Origin: Patescibacteria group bacterium
Lineage (GTDB): Bacteria > Patescibacteriota > Gracilibacteria > JAHISY01
DNA: 64,000 nucleotides
Direction: 5' to 3'
NCBI GenBank assembly: GCA_041665585.1
Contig: JBAYIN010000002.1
Location: forward strand, 34,869 to 98,868
Shown here: one piece after another, positions 42,425 to 52,289 of the stretch
How the letters are laid out: each line of letters starts with the position of its first letter
How positions within the stretch are numbered: the stretch's first letter is position 1
Notes under the pieces: model-generated
The model's database searches: none
What the model was told of the DNA's origin: nothing
Seen by the model: only the letters and a program-made list of their open reading frames with translations
Program-made: the position numbers and the translations under genes

Positions 42425-42811
42425 ATGTCTCCTCTCGCAAATAAGCTAACTAGCCACAAAGGTCTCGCTGTCGCACTCGCGGCAACCGCCTTGTTGGTTT
42501 TGGGTGGCGGAGTTTTCCTTTCTGCCAATGATCTCCGTAGCTCGGTCGTTAACACGATTGACAGCTCGACTTATCAGGCCGTGCACCTCGACAATAGTGA
42601 AACCTATTTCGGCAAAATCACCTCGATGGACGACAACTATGTCAATGTCACTGATGTGTTTTATTTCCTGGATGAAACGAAAAAGACACTCGTGAAACGG
42701 GGCGATGAATCGCTCGTGCTCAATCGCGCTCATGTCCTCGCAACCGAAAATTTGGAGGACGGCAACGCTGTTTTGCAGGCGATTCTTAAATACAAGTCAA
42801 ACAAAAATTAA
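42425..42811 (+). CDS. small N-terminally anchored orphan protein, paralog 1
   Basis: 128 aa with TM helix LAVALAATALLVLGGGVF. YQAVHLDNSETYFGKI...AILKYKS is shared with the next ORF. Confidence 0.55.
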   Translation: MSPLANKLTSHKGLAVALAATALLVLGGGVFLSANDLRSSVVNTIDSSTYQAVHLDNSETYFGKITSMDDNYVNVTDVFYFLDETKKTLVKRGDESLVLNRAHVLATENLEDGNAVLQAILKYKSNKN

Positions 42812-42882
42812 ATATTTCTCGGCTAAAAACGCCGGGAGCCAAACACAAAAATAAACGGTCAAAAAACAAAACAAAACAAAAA

Positions 42883-42909
42883 GCCCACCAAAATACGGTG
42901 GGTTTTTTG
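42883..42909 (+). terminator. intrinsic terminator
   Basis: GCCCACC-aaaatac-GGTGGGT followed by TTTTTTG. Confidence 0.7.
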
Positions 42910-42935
42910 TCGGCAAGTGTGGAATCAGCTAAAAT
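42907..42935 (+). promoter_or_regulatory. sigma70-like promoter
   Basis: TTGTCG, 17 nt, TAAAAT, 24 nt upstream of the 42959 ATG. Confidence 0.45.
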
Positions 42936-42958
42936 CATCGCGCATTAAAAAAACTAAC

Positions 42959-43327
42959 ATGCTTAAGTCCGAGCATTCCAAAAAATCAGCCATCGGCGTA
43001 TTGTCGTTTTTGCTGATTTTGGTGATTGCCACTTGCTTCCTAATTCATTCGAATTTTTTGGGAAATCTTTTTGGTCCACCGCAGTATGTCGCCGTCGAGC
43101 TCGCGGACGGCGAAACTTGGTACGGTCAAATCGCCAGCGAAAACGCCGAATCCATCACGCTCAGCCATGTTTACCATTTTCACGACAATAATTCTACGCA
43201 GCTCATAAGCCACGACGATCGCCTCGATCCGCCGAAAACAATCACGCGCAGTGAGATTTTTTCGCTCGCAACTTTGAGTGAAAGTAGTCCGGTTTTAAAA
43301 GCGATTCGTAAATACGAAAGCAAATAA
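42959..43327 (+). CDS. small N-terminally anchored orphan protein, paralog 2
   Basis: I chose the ATG at MLKSEHSKK because the ORF-track GTG at 42917 lies in the promoter. YVAVELADGETWYGQI...AIRKYES parallels paralog 1. Confidence 0.55.
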   Translation: MLKSEHSKKSAIGVLSFLLILVIATCFLIHSNFLGNLFGPPQYVAVELADGETWYGQIASENAESITLSHVYHFHDNNSTQLISHDDRLDPPKTITRSEIFSLATLSESSPVLKAIRKYESK

Positions 43328-43356
43328 ATTTGTGAGCTCAAATAGTTTTTGCTATA

Positions 43357-44943
43357 TTGAGAGCCACTTTAATAACCCCCGCCGCGATGCGCCCAACCCC
43401 TCCCCGCCGTAAATCCAGAGACTATTTGGTGCCGTTTTTAATCGTCCTCGCCATCGGCGTAATCGCTGCACTTTTGTTGCAGCTGTGGGGATTGTGGGGC
43501 GACACAGGTGAAAACACGCTCACGCTCTCCGGCAAGGCTGAACTTACGGATGTTTCTGGCGATGTCGAGGTTTATTTGCCGGCAACCGGATCTTGGAAAA
43601 TTACGAGCGAAGCAGCCGTGCTCAATCCGGGCGAGAGTGTGCGCACGGGTACAGACGGTAGCGCGACGCTGACTTTTGACGATGGCAGCGTGGCGACACT
43701 CGCGAACTCGAGCGAACTCGCAATTTCCGATTTGCAAAATTCCATCACCAAAAAATCAGTCACGCTCGCCCTCGCACGCGGAGCCACCGCCATCACAGTC
43801 GGTACGAAAAGCAGCGACCTCGTAATCACGAGTGAGTTTTTAAGAATTCATAACGCCGACGGTCGTTTTTTAATGCAGGTCAATACTGCTGGCGATCTTG
43901 CCAGTGCAATCGAAGGCGGTTTCGTCGCGGCGATCATCGATCCGGAGAATACGACGAAAACCCCGGAACTGAAAAATCTCATGGTCGAAAGCGGCAAGAC
44001 GGTTGAAATTTCCGAGCGACGCATCAATCTGCTGAGAATCGGCGGTGAGATTGACCTCGTCCAAACCACGCCAGCCGAAATTCTAAATTCGAATCTGTAC
44101 CTCGCCGCAACTTCCGGAACGAATCTCGTGTCAGACACAGTCACGAATCCGGACACAGTCGTGAACCCGGATGGAACAGTGAGCCCGGCGACCACCCCAG
44201 ACGGAACGGTGGATTCAGCGACAAATCCAGATTCGGAACGAATCCCGGCACCGCTCGTCGTCACCGGCGGCGGCAATGTCTCAGCCGTCGCTGAACCGGT
44301 CAAAGTCGTCGGCAAGGTTTCACCGAAAGTCGTAAAAATCAAAGTCACCTTCGACGGCACTGACGCTTTCGAGCTCTCGAAATTCGTCCCAGGTAGCGGC
44401 GAGTGGAGCTACAACGCCGCCCGCAGTTTTGAAAATTTGAAAGTCGGCGTGAATAATTATTCGGTCGTGGGCTACGATGAAGCCGGCAACGCCACTCCGA
44501 CTGCGAGCTTCCAGATTCGCTTCAATCCCGATGGTGCGACGAGCACGACCACCGAGTCAACCGAAACTTCCACCACCACGACGACTACGACCAAAACGAC
44601 TGACGGTGTCCCCTCGGTCGGCAGCACGGCGTTCGCCGCGCCCACAGTCAGCGAACCGGCTGACGGTGCGACATTCGAAACTGCACCTGTACATTTCGCA
44701 GGCACAGTGCCCGTCGGCACGACCGCGGTCTTCGTCAATGGCTACAAGCTGACTGGTTTTGTCATCGGCGGCACGACCTGGCAGTACAACGCCGCTCCGA
44801 GCTACAGCAATCTCAAAGCCGGTGAAAATGAATTTGAAATCGTCGCGACGAATGAAGCCGGTGAACGCAGCTCGACCACGATCAAAATCACCTATTCGCC
44901 CGCAGAGACGACGGCTCCAGAGACAGTACCAGCAGGCGAATAA
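43357..44943 (+). CDS. membrane-anchored FecR-domain-like protein with two Ig-like C-terminal repeats
   Basis: 528 aa. TM helix VPFLIVLAIGVIAALLLQLW. GSATLTFDDGSVATLANSSELAI is FecR-like. Two repeats of roughly 75 aa (...W.YNAA.S..NLK.G.N...V...). Confidence 0.6.
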   Translation: MRATLITPAAMRPTPPRRKSRDYLVPFLIVLAIGVIAALLLQLWGLWGDTGENTLTLSGKAELTDVSGDVEVYLPATGSWKITSEAAVLNPGESVRTGTDGSATLTFDDGSVATLANSSELAISDLQNSITKKSVTLALARGATAITVGTKSSDLVITSEFLRIHNADGRFLMQVNTAGDLASAIEGGFVAAIIDPENTTKTPELKNLMVESGKTVEISERRINLLRIGGEIDLVQTTPAEILNSNLYLAATSGTNLVSDTVTNPDTVVNPDGTVSPATTPDGTVDSATNPDSERIPAPLVVTGGGNVSAVAEPVKVVGKVSPKVVKIKVTFDGTDAFELSKFVPGSGEWSYNAARSFENLKVGVNNYSVVGYDEAGNATPTASFQIRFNPDGATSTTTESTETSTTTTTTTKTTDGVPSVGSTAFAAPTVSEPADGATFETAPVHFAGTVPVGTTAVFVNGYKLTGFVIGGTTWQYNAAPSYSNLKAGENEFEIVATNEAGERSSTTIKITYSPAETTAPETVPAGE

Positions 44944-45004
44944 TCCCGGATTTTCGCGAAGCTAAGCCTAAATTGAGTTGATATTTTGGCGTTTTTTTGG
45001 TAAA

Positions 45005-46387
45005 ATGGCAAGATTTAAAAACAAAAATTTGGAAATCCGACAAAAATATTTTGCCGAAAAATCTCTTTTCCGAGAGAAACGGGTTTTGTTTATCGTCGGA
45101 GGAATGGAATACATTTTGGGCGAAAAAGGAATCGAGGGTTTTGTGAAATGGCGTGAAAGTAAACACAAATCAAAAGCAGATATAAAAAAAGCAAAAATTG
45201 AATCAAATCTCAAAAAAATTGAAGCAATTCAGGCAGAGAAAAAGGCTGCAAAAGACTCTAAGGCAATGCAAGAAATTAACGAAACTCAGCAAGAATTCCG
45301 ACTCCAGATGGCAGATCGCGGAGTCATTCTGGACAAAGATTTAAATCCGGCTCAAAGTGCAGCACCGCAAAATCCAGCAGAAAATGCAGAAGGCAAAACT
45401 TCGAGCCCGATTGAAGGCGTAACCACCAAAATCAGTATTCTGAAAAACATTCCCTTGAAAGCAAGAGAGAAACAAGAGCTTTTAGCTGAACAAATTAATG
45501 ACCTTTTGGCTGGGAAAAAAAGTTCTGGTGAAAAGATTTTGCGAAAAATCGACCCCGGTTATGTCCGACCAGCCTCGGGTAACTGTTCTCTCGAAACACA
45601 AAGGGCGGTCGCCAAAGCTGTCGGGAATTATTTGTCAAAAGAATTGGTCGAAAAAGCAATGGCTGGCGATAAGATTGCCGAAAAACTGGCGGCCAACAAA
45701 ATCGAGCAAATTTATGATGTCCTTAGTCTTGCCCGCACAAGAATTTACCGAAAAGAAGTTCGTGCCGAAACCAAAAACGAATTCGACAAAGTTAACCTTG
45801 GCTGGCTCATGTCATATAAAAAAGACCGACCTGTCCGTGCTGACCTAGCAAGGCCTAGATTTAAACAAACCAGCAAATTTGAAAAACTAGAAAACAAAGC
45901 TTTTAAAATTGAAGAAGATCCTGAGAAATTAGAGGCTGACAAGATTGCTGCAAAAAAAGAGCGCAGCGGCAAACCCAAAAGCAAGCTCGGCAAAGCCGCT
46001 TATTACGGTCTAGTCGCTCCCTGGCTGGCTCATACCGCCTACAAAAAAATTATCGAACCTACTGCTAAATTTTTGGTGGAAAAAACTTTTGGCAAAGGCG
46101 TCGTGGTCGGCACGGCACGCACGGCTCTCTGGGTGCTCGGCAGTGGCATGATGGGCGGAATCCCTGCCATCCCAGTCGTAGTCGAAGCAGCAATCTGGAC
46201 CGCGCAGCAAATTAAGCCTGGCAAAAAAGCAGAAAAAGTCAAAGATGACGCTGTGTATGCTGCAAAAAATGTTGCGAATATCGGCACGCTCGGCATCCCC
46301 CGCTACATCGGCGGTGTCTTAAAGAAAGGTTGGGATTTTGTGAAATTAGACCGCAAACCAAAACCAACCAAACCAGCTAATAAATGA
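45005..46387 (+). CDS. orphan coiled-coil / membrane protein (about 460 aa)
   Basis: ATG at MARFKNKN. Lys/Glu-rich N-terminal half and hydrophobic C-terminal segments (VLGSGMMGGIPAIPVVVEAAIW). Overlaps the next gene via ATGA. Confidence 0.6.
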   Translation: MARFKNKNLEIRQKYFAEKSLFREKRVLFIVGGMEYILGEKGIEGFVKWRESKHKSKADIKKAKIESNLKKIEAIQAEKKAAKDSKAMQEINETQQEFRLQMADRGVILDKDLNPAQSAAPQNPAENAEGKTSSPIEGVTTKISILKNIPLKAREKQELLAEQINDLLAGKKSSGEKILRKIDPGYVRPASGNCSLETQRAVAKAVGNYLSKELVEKAMAGDKIAEKLAANKIEQIYDVLSLARTRIYRKEVRAETKNEFDKVNLGWLMSYKKDRPVRADLARPRFKQTSKFEKLENKAFKIEEDPEKLEADKIAAKKERSGKPKSKLGKAAYYGLVAPWLAHTAYKKIIEPTAKFLVEKTFGKGVVVGTARTALWVLGSGMMGGIPAIPVVVEAAIWTAQQIKPGKKAEKVKDDAVYAAKNVANIGTLGIPRYIGGVLKKGWDFVKLDRKPKPTKPANK

Positions 46388-49300
46388 TTTCTGATTTTAT
46401 TAAATCACGATTCGCAAATAGCAATCAGCCGCTTACGGCACGACTTGTTTTTGCTGATCAAGCTCCTGAAAAAAAATCGATTACAGCGAAAACAGAGTCC
46501 GCGCCTGTCGTGCCAGAGACCGATAAAAGCAAGAATGCTTTCGAACAACCGGAACACACAAGCGACGATACCATCAAGCATGATTACAGTGAAGACATCC
46601 AAAAACATCTCGACAAAAAAAATACGGACACCGAACTAAACGAGAAGCTTCCTTCGAATTGGTTTCAAGTCGATAGTGAACCTGGCAAACAATCAGAAGG
46701 AGAAGTGCAAGCTCGAGTCGACAAAATATATAAAGAGATTTTCATCGATGACAAAGGACCTCTCCACGAGCAAGTCGCTGAATATAATGCGACATACCGC
46801 AACGGCAAAGATAAGGATCAACAAGTTACGGCCGAAAAATTAGTTTTCGGCAGCAGCGTCGCTGAGAGCGCACGAGCACAATATCTCAAAGAAAACCCTG
46901 ATAAAGATCCTGATAAAAATGAAGCTGCCGTAGAACAAATCGCCGAAGCTGAAAAATCTATTAGACTTAACGCTATCCGTGACCGACTTGAGAACTTGAG
47001 CAAGCTGCGCGAGAAGCAAAAAGAAAAATTGACTGCTGGGAACTTGGTAAAAAATCTCGGCGAAGGCGTCACCAATATCACGGAGTCATTTCAGGAAAAC
47101 CTGAGCGAAGGCAAATGGGTCGAGGCTGGCATCCAGGCTGTCGGCATGTTTTTAGTTTTGAAATCCGCTTGGACGCTCATCAAAAAAAAGCCGGACGACC
47201 AAGATTGGGTTTCTTATCTCACAACCAATGTTTTACAGGCGGCAGCTGGTGTCGCGATTCTCATGCCAGACGCAACACACAGCAAGCACAATCTTTTGAA
47301 CATGTTGAAGCTGACGAGTGCGGCGGATGACATGGACGACCGCGGCTTGGCAGAATTAATGAAGGGATTGAACTGGCGTAACCGCACGGAAGCAGAGACG
47401 CTGAATGCCCTCGCCAAAAACGACATCGACGACATTCACAAGGCCTATCAAGAAGCGCGTGCCGACGGCAAAAGCGAAATCGATCCGCGCCAACTGCTTG
47501 GCAAGAATGCGCCAAAAAAATCTATCCTGAATGGCAAAGAACTTTTCAATATTGTCGAAAAAGTCTTGGAACGCTACGGCGCAAAATATTTCGAGCTCGT
47601 GATGGGACAACCGCCAGCGACTCCGCAAGAGATCCAGGACGGCATCACGCTGTGCGTGCGCTATCACAAGGTGACCAAAAACCAGTCCAAATCTTTCGCG
47701 AGTGTCGTCGCACTCGAGGAGCAAAGTTTCGAAGACTGGAAGTATCCTGAAAAAGTCGAGGGCAAAATTCCCATCATCGCTGGCATCGCCAGCAACATCG
47801 GGCTTAGTATCCTGCACCCGACGCGAAGTCCAGAGTTGCTTGGTGAAGCCTTTAATAAGTGGCTCGACTTTTTCGAAATTGATCGAGCGTGGTTCGCCGC
47901 AAATGTCAGCGATCCAGCTAAAAATGAAATTTTGGCAATTTATGAAGTCGATAAAGAGTTGGCGAAAAAACTTGTCAATACAATTAAAGATTTTGCCAAC
48001 ACTCAGTATGAAATTTATAAACTCATGGGTGCTAAGGCGTATATTTCCGCTGTCACCGAGCTAGGAGTGAAAGCTACAGTCGAACTCGCTGGTGCGACAT
48101 TCACAGGAATCTATGAAGCGGGCAAAGGTCTGAAAGATGTCGTGGTCGAAGTCGGCGGACAGCTTTACACCAATGCGAAAGTTTACATCGAGCGAGACGG
48201 CACACTCGGCAACACGATTGTCTTCAGCAACTGGATTCCATATAAATATAATTTGAAAGACAAGAAGTGGTCACGCGCGAGCATCGCCGATGCTGCCGGC
48301 AAGGTACAAGAATTCACAGTAGGCAGCGTGAAATATGTCGCAAACGAAGTTCCTGCAATCATCGACAATACCACTGTTTTTTGGGCAGAATATTTCCAAA
48401 ACACCCTGCCGAAACAGTGGGAGAGCATCAAACCAACACTCGAAAAAACTGGCGTCAAGATCGTCGGCGGCTATGAATTATTTGCGGCTTTCACGAAAGC
48501 GGTCATTCAAGAAAACATCGTCCCGGCTGCTAAAGCTACGGGCAAAGGTCTCGCTGATTTTTTCACCGACGACAATAATTTAATCCGCGCTTTCTATAAG
48601 GCAGCCAAAACAGCAAGCTCTGAGAAGCTAGATAGTTTTATGCATGGCAGCATCAGTATTGTTGATTTCCTTAAACAGTCCGCCAACGAGCGCGAACACC
48701 TCAAAGAGAATATCAAAAAGTTCGACGACATCATTTCGAAACGAGGCGAAGAACAAAAATATTTTGGCAGCGCCATCACTCCAGAAAATCTCAAAGGACT
48801 TGAACCAGCTGTCCGCGCGTGGATGTTTGACCGACTGGGCTCGTGGAATCTCGATATGTCTGCCAGCGCAGCGAAATTCGATGCTGCTGGCGGATTCATC
48901 GAATACAGCCCCATCACACTTGAGTCGATTGGCACGCTTGGCATTTTGCCAGGTTTTGGCAATCGAGATGTCAAGCTACGCATTAATTTCGCGGCGGATG
49001 GAACTCTCGATGACAGAACAAGATTTGAATTAATCACAGAAGACGGTCAAGTTCTTAAATTGGAAAAAGAGGATTTCGACGCCAATAAACTCAGCGAGAC
49101 ACTCAAGCACGCCGAACCCGCTCTCGAAAAAATGTCGCGCCTCTCGCTGACCGCTCTCGAACAAAATCTAAATCGCGAGACGGAAATAAAATCTAAAACT
49201 GAAATTCTGGCGGCAGTGAAAAAAATGTCAGCGAGCCCAGAAATGCAGTCGATTTTCCTGCCGCTCGCTCCACTCATGGAAAATGCCAGCGAAGACTTTG

Positions 49301-50043
49301 GTTTTTTAGGGAAAGATGCGATTGCTGGGCTGCTTGAATATATTTGGAATCTCGGATCCGGATCAGGACCAATCAATGAAAATCAGTGGGCAGCGCTCGT
49401 CACCTACAAACAGCACGAAATGCTGCTTTTTTACCAAAATTCATTGGTCGCCAACGCGCAAAAAAATAATGGCGTACTTGATCCAAAAGAAATTCCTGCG
49501 CTCGAGAATGAGTTCAAAGAAAACTACTTGAAGCCAATCGTAGATAGCTGGCCTGGATTTGATAGCCAACTCGAAGACATTACAGACGAAGCAAAAGGTT
49601 TGATTGTGGACATCGGCAGCAAGAATTACCAAACCGCTCTCGCCAGACTACTCGTACTCGGCGCGCGCAATGAAACCTATCCTACAACTTTACAAAATCT
49701 AGTCGCGAGCTTCGAGCAAATTAATTTCGAAGGTCAAAACCTGAGTGAATATGCCAACCAGCTCAAGGCAGTCGCACTTTGGAAATTTGCCGAAATGGCA
49801 GCACCAATCGGAAAACTCAAAGAAGCACTTCCTGCGAATGGACATGACTACACTGGTGAAAGAATTGGAGAAAATCACAAGAAATATCTCGCATATTTAT
49901 CGAGAGAGCTTTTGGAGCAATTAAATAATTTTCAGAAAAATGGCTTAGTGCAAAAAAGTGTCAGTGCTGACGAAGTCGCCCAAATTTTTAGAAACCAACT
50001 AAAAATCCAAACATTCGCGGAGTTTGAAAAAAACCCGTCTTAA
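46384..50043 (+). CDS. giant orphan protein (1219 aa) with internal TM helices
   Basis: Uninterrupted 3.66-kb ORF. TM candidates lie near residues 245-300. No enzymatic motif recognised. Confidence 0.7.
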   Translation: MISDFIKSRFANSNQPLTARLVFADQAPEKKSITAKTESAPVVPETDKSKNAFEQPEHTSDDTIKHDYSEDIQKHLDKKNTDTELNEKLPSNWFQVDSEPGKQSEGEVQARVDKIYKEIFIDDKGPLHEQVAEYNATYRNGKDKDQQVTAEKLVFGSSVAESARAQYLKENPDKDPDKNEAAVEQIAEAEKSIRLNAIRDRLENLSKLREKQKEKLTAGNLVKNLGEGVTNITESFQENLSEGKWVEAGIQAVGMFLVLKSAWTLIKKKPDDQDWVSYLTTNVLQAAAGVAILMPDATHSKHNLLNMLKLTSAADDMDDRGLAELMKGLNWRNRTEAETLNALAKNDIDDIHKAYQEARADGKSEIDPRQLLGKNAPKKSILNGKELFNIVEKVLERYGAKYFELVMGQPPATPQEIQDGITLCVRYHKVTKNQSKSFASVVALEEQSFEDWKYPEKVEGKIPIIAGIASNIGLSILHPTRSPELLGEAFNKWLDFFEIDRAWFAANVSDPAKNEILAIYEVDKELAKKLVNTIKDFANTQYEIYKLMGAKAYISAVTELGVKATVELAGATFTGIYEAGKGLKDVVVEVGGQLYTNAKVYIERDGTLGNTIVFSNWIPYKYNLKDKKWSRASIADAAGKVQEFTVGSVKYVANEVPAIIDNTTVFWAEYFQNTLPKQWESIKPTLEKTGVKIVGGYELFAAFTKAVIQENIVPAAKATGKGLADFFTDDNNLIRAFYKAAKTASSEKLDSFMHGSISIVDFLKQSANEREHLKENIKKFDDIISKRGEEQKYFGSAITPENLKGLEPAVRAWMFDRLGSWNLDMSASAAKFDAAGGFIEYSPITLESIGTLGILPGFGNRDVKLRINFAADGTLDDRTRFELITEDGQVLKLEKEDFDANKLSETLKHAEPALEKMSRLSLTALEQNLNRETEIKSKTEILAAVKKMSASPEMQSIFLPLAPLMENASEDFGFLGKDAIAGLLEYIWNLGSGSGPINENQWAALVTYKQHEMLLFYQNSLVANAQKNNGVLDPKEIPALENEFKENYLKPIVDSWPGFDSQLEDITDEAKGLIVDIGSKNYQTALARLLVLGARNETYPTTLQNLVASFEQINFEGQNLSEYANQLKAVALWKFAEMAAPIGKLKEALPANGHDYTGERIGENHKKYLAYLSRELLEQLNNFQKNGLVQKSVSADEVAQIFRNQLKIQTFAEFEKNPS

Positions 50044-50072
50044 TAAATCATCACAAAAACCAAAATCTTAAA

Positions 50073-52241
50073 ATGAATCAAGATTCAAAGAACGGAGATC
50101 ACGAACACAAGAAGCCAGAAAACGAACCGCCTTCCTGGAAAGATTTGCGTGACAAAGCGCGAAAAAAGCTTGAGGATACACTTAAAAAAAAACTTAAAAA
50201 CCGAGAAAAGGGGTCATGGGATAAAAGAATTTCACGAGGTGCCAGGCTAAAACTAAACCGTCTTTTTGATAAATTCCAAAGTAAAGCTGAGCCTGAACAG
50301 AAAAAAAATAAAACTGAGGACGAAAACAGCTCCAATACCCCTGATTCGAAAGAACCACCAAAACAAAAGAATCCTCATCAGGCAGGTGCTGAAAAAAATA
50401 AGACGCAACGACGACAACCTCCCGAAGATAACAGCACGGACGAAGGTCAATCAAACAAAGGTGAGTCCACCAAAAAATCACCGCAACAAAAAAATCAAAA
50501 AGCTTGGGAAAAGAAATTTAGTATGTTTCTTTACAGAAAATTCGAAAAACTAAAAGGCATTGGAGGATTCGCCTACCAAGGATTAAAAAAAATAAGACGA
50601 GACAACAAAGAACACATTCTTGATGATGACAAAATATTTTCCCAGATGCCTCCAAGTCGCTTTGAAGAAGCTGAGGAAACCACAAGATTTGGCGAAAAAA
50701 AGAAGGTTGACCGCTTGATGGACTATTTTGGTCGCACCAATCGTGATCCATTCAAACATAATGGTGATTGGCTTAATCCGGACATGCGAGAAATCAAAAT
50801 CGTTGTGAACTCAATTGATTCCAACCTGAGAGATGCTCTCGGCGATATTTTGAATAAGTTTAAAAAAGAAATTGACCCTGCCTTCGGACACGCCAAAGTC
50901 GAACCACTCGAACTGATTAGCGATCTCGAAATGCTCAACGGAAATATTTGTACGCTGGGCATCGTCTCGTCACACGATCTCGCCCAAGATGTCGCTGCCA
51001 GACTAGAGACTGGTAAGAGCAGAGACGACATAGCAGAAAAAATCTCAGGCGGTGTTGTCGATTTTTTTACCAAAAACTGGAAACGAAAAACTACTTCGAC
51101 TGCAATCGTATTAGCACTGAGCATGGCGGCAAATCCCTTATTTCTAGGTACTTTTTTTGTACCAAAAGCACGCCGATTGATTTTCGAGAAATGGAAAAAA
51201 CTTGCCGACAGAGAAGCACCCCAAATCGACTCTGAAAAAATTTACAAACTTCTGCAAAGCAAAGACCTCAAAGCCTTGCGCGCACTGTCGCTCGGCAAAG
51301 GATACAATCTGGAAATTAATAATTTGCCAAGAAAGATGCGCTGGCTCGAGATTGGGACAGGCTGGTGTTTTTTACCATCCGTAAAAAAAGATTCTCCTGA
51401 TCAGGCCTTGGTTTATCGAGACAAAGCGATTGTCGCCCGAGACACTGGTGCGACCGTCAACCCAAAATTCATTGTTAAATCACCAGCCGCATGGGAAGTG
51501 TTCTTTCAGCACATTGGCAAGAAATACGACAACGGCACGGATCTCCCGCTCAATGGCAAAGTATTCACGGACGATATCAAAGCGACAGGGAGCAAATTTT
51601 TCCTTCCGCCTGATATCGGAACTGTCCAAAATCTCGACCTCACAAATGTCGCAGGCACCGAAAACTCGTTGCGTGTCAAAACTTTGCGAGAAATAAAAGG
51701 CGATGTCACAATCCCATCTAATGAGGTTTTGGAAGAATTTCCTAATGGTGTGATTTACCGGGGCAACAAAGAAAATTTGCAGAATCTAGATCAAGAGGTA
51801 GTCAGAAAAAAATTTAAATTCGCAGAAGCGGATAAAAAACCAGAGCCCGAAGCAGAAGTAACGCCAGAGGCAAAAGTGGAGGCAGAAACAAAGACCGAGC
51901 CAAACTCAGAAAATAAACCTAAGCCCGAAGCTGACACTAAGCCAAGTCTAGAGCAAAACCCAAAATTAAAGACTGAGACAGAAGCAAAGCCAGAATCAGA
52001 AGTAGTACAAAAGCCAGAAGCAAATCTCGAATTCAATATAAAATTCAATATAAAATCAAGCCCCGAAGCAAAATTAAAGACAGATTCGAAGCCAGAATCA
52101 GAAGCAAAGCCAGAGCCAGACTCAGGAAATAAACCTAAGCCCGAAGATAAAGATAAGCCAGACTCAAAACAAAAGAAGCATCCTGCCAAAAAAATGCGTA
52201 GCTTCTTTACTAAGATCAAAGACGCTTGGAAGAATAGTTAA
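50073..52241 (+). CDS. orphan protein (722 aa) with Lys/Glu/Pro low-complexity termini and a central TM helix
   Basis: Long ORF with KPEPE/KPESE-type repeats at the C-terminus and TM helix STAIVLALSMAANPLFLGTFFV. Confidence 0.65.
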   Translation: MNQDSKNGDHEHKKPENEPPSWKDLRDKARKKLEDTLKKKLKNREKGSWDKRISRGARLKLNRLFDKFQSKAEPEQKKNKTEDENSSNTPDSKEPPKQKNPHQAGAEKNKTQRRQPPEDNSTDEGQSNKGESTKKSPQQKNQKAWEKKFSMFLYRKFEKLKGIGGFAYQGLKKIRRDNKEHILDDDKIFSQMPPSRFEEAEETTRFGEKKKVDRLMDYFGRTNRDPFKHNGDWLNPDMREIKIVVNSIDSNLRDALGDILNKFKKEIDPAFGHAKVEPLELISDLEMLNGNICTLGIVSSHDLAQDVAARLETGKSRDDIAEKISGGVVDFFTKNWKRKTTSTAIVLALSMAANPLFLGTFFVPKARRLIFEKWKKLADREAPQIDSEKIYKLLQSKDLKALRALSLGKGYNLEINNLPRKMRWLEIGTGWCFLPSVKKDSPDQALVYRDKAIVARDTGATVNPKFIVKSPAAWEVFFQHIGKKYDNGTDLPLNGKVFTDDIKATGSKFFLPPDIGTVQNLDLTNVAGTENSLRVKTLREIKGDVTIPSNEVLEEFPNGVIYRGNKENLQNLDQEVVRKKFKFAEADKKPEPEAEVTPEAKVEAETKTEPNSENKPKPEADTKPSLEQNPKLKTETEAKPESEVVQKPEANLEFNIKFNIKSSPEAKLKTDSKPESEAKPEPDSGNKPKPEDKDKPDSKQKKHPAKKMRSFFTKIKDAWKNS

Positions 52242-52289
52242 AAGCAAACCTTTCTGCTAAACTACCCTTTGTCCTTTAACCTTTTTAAA

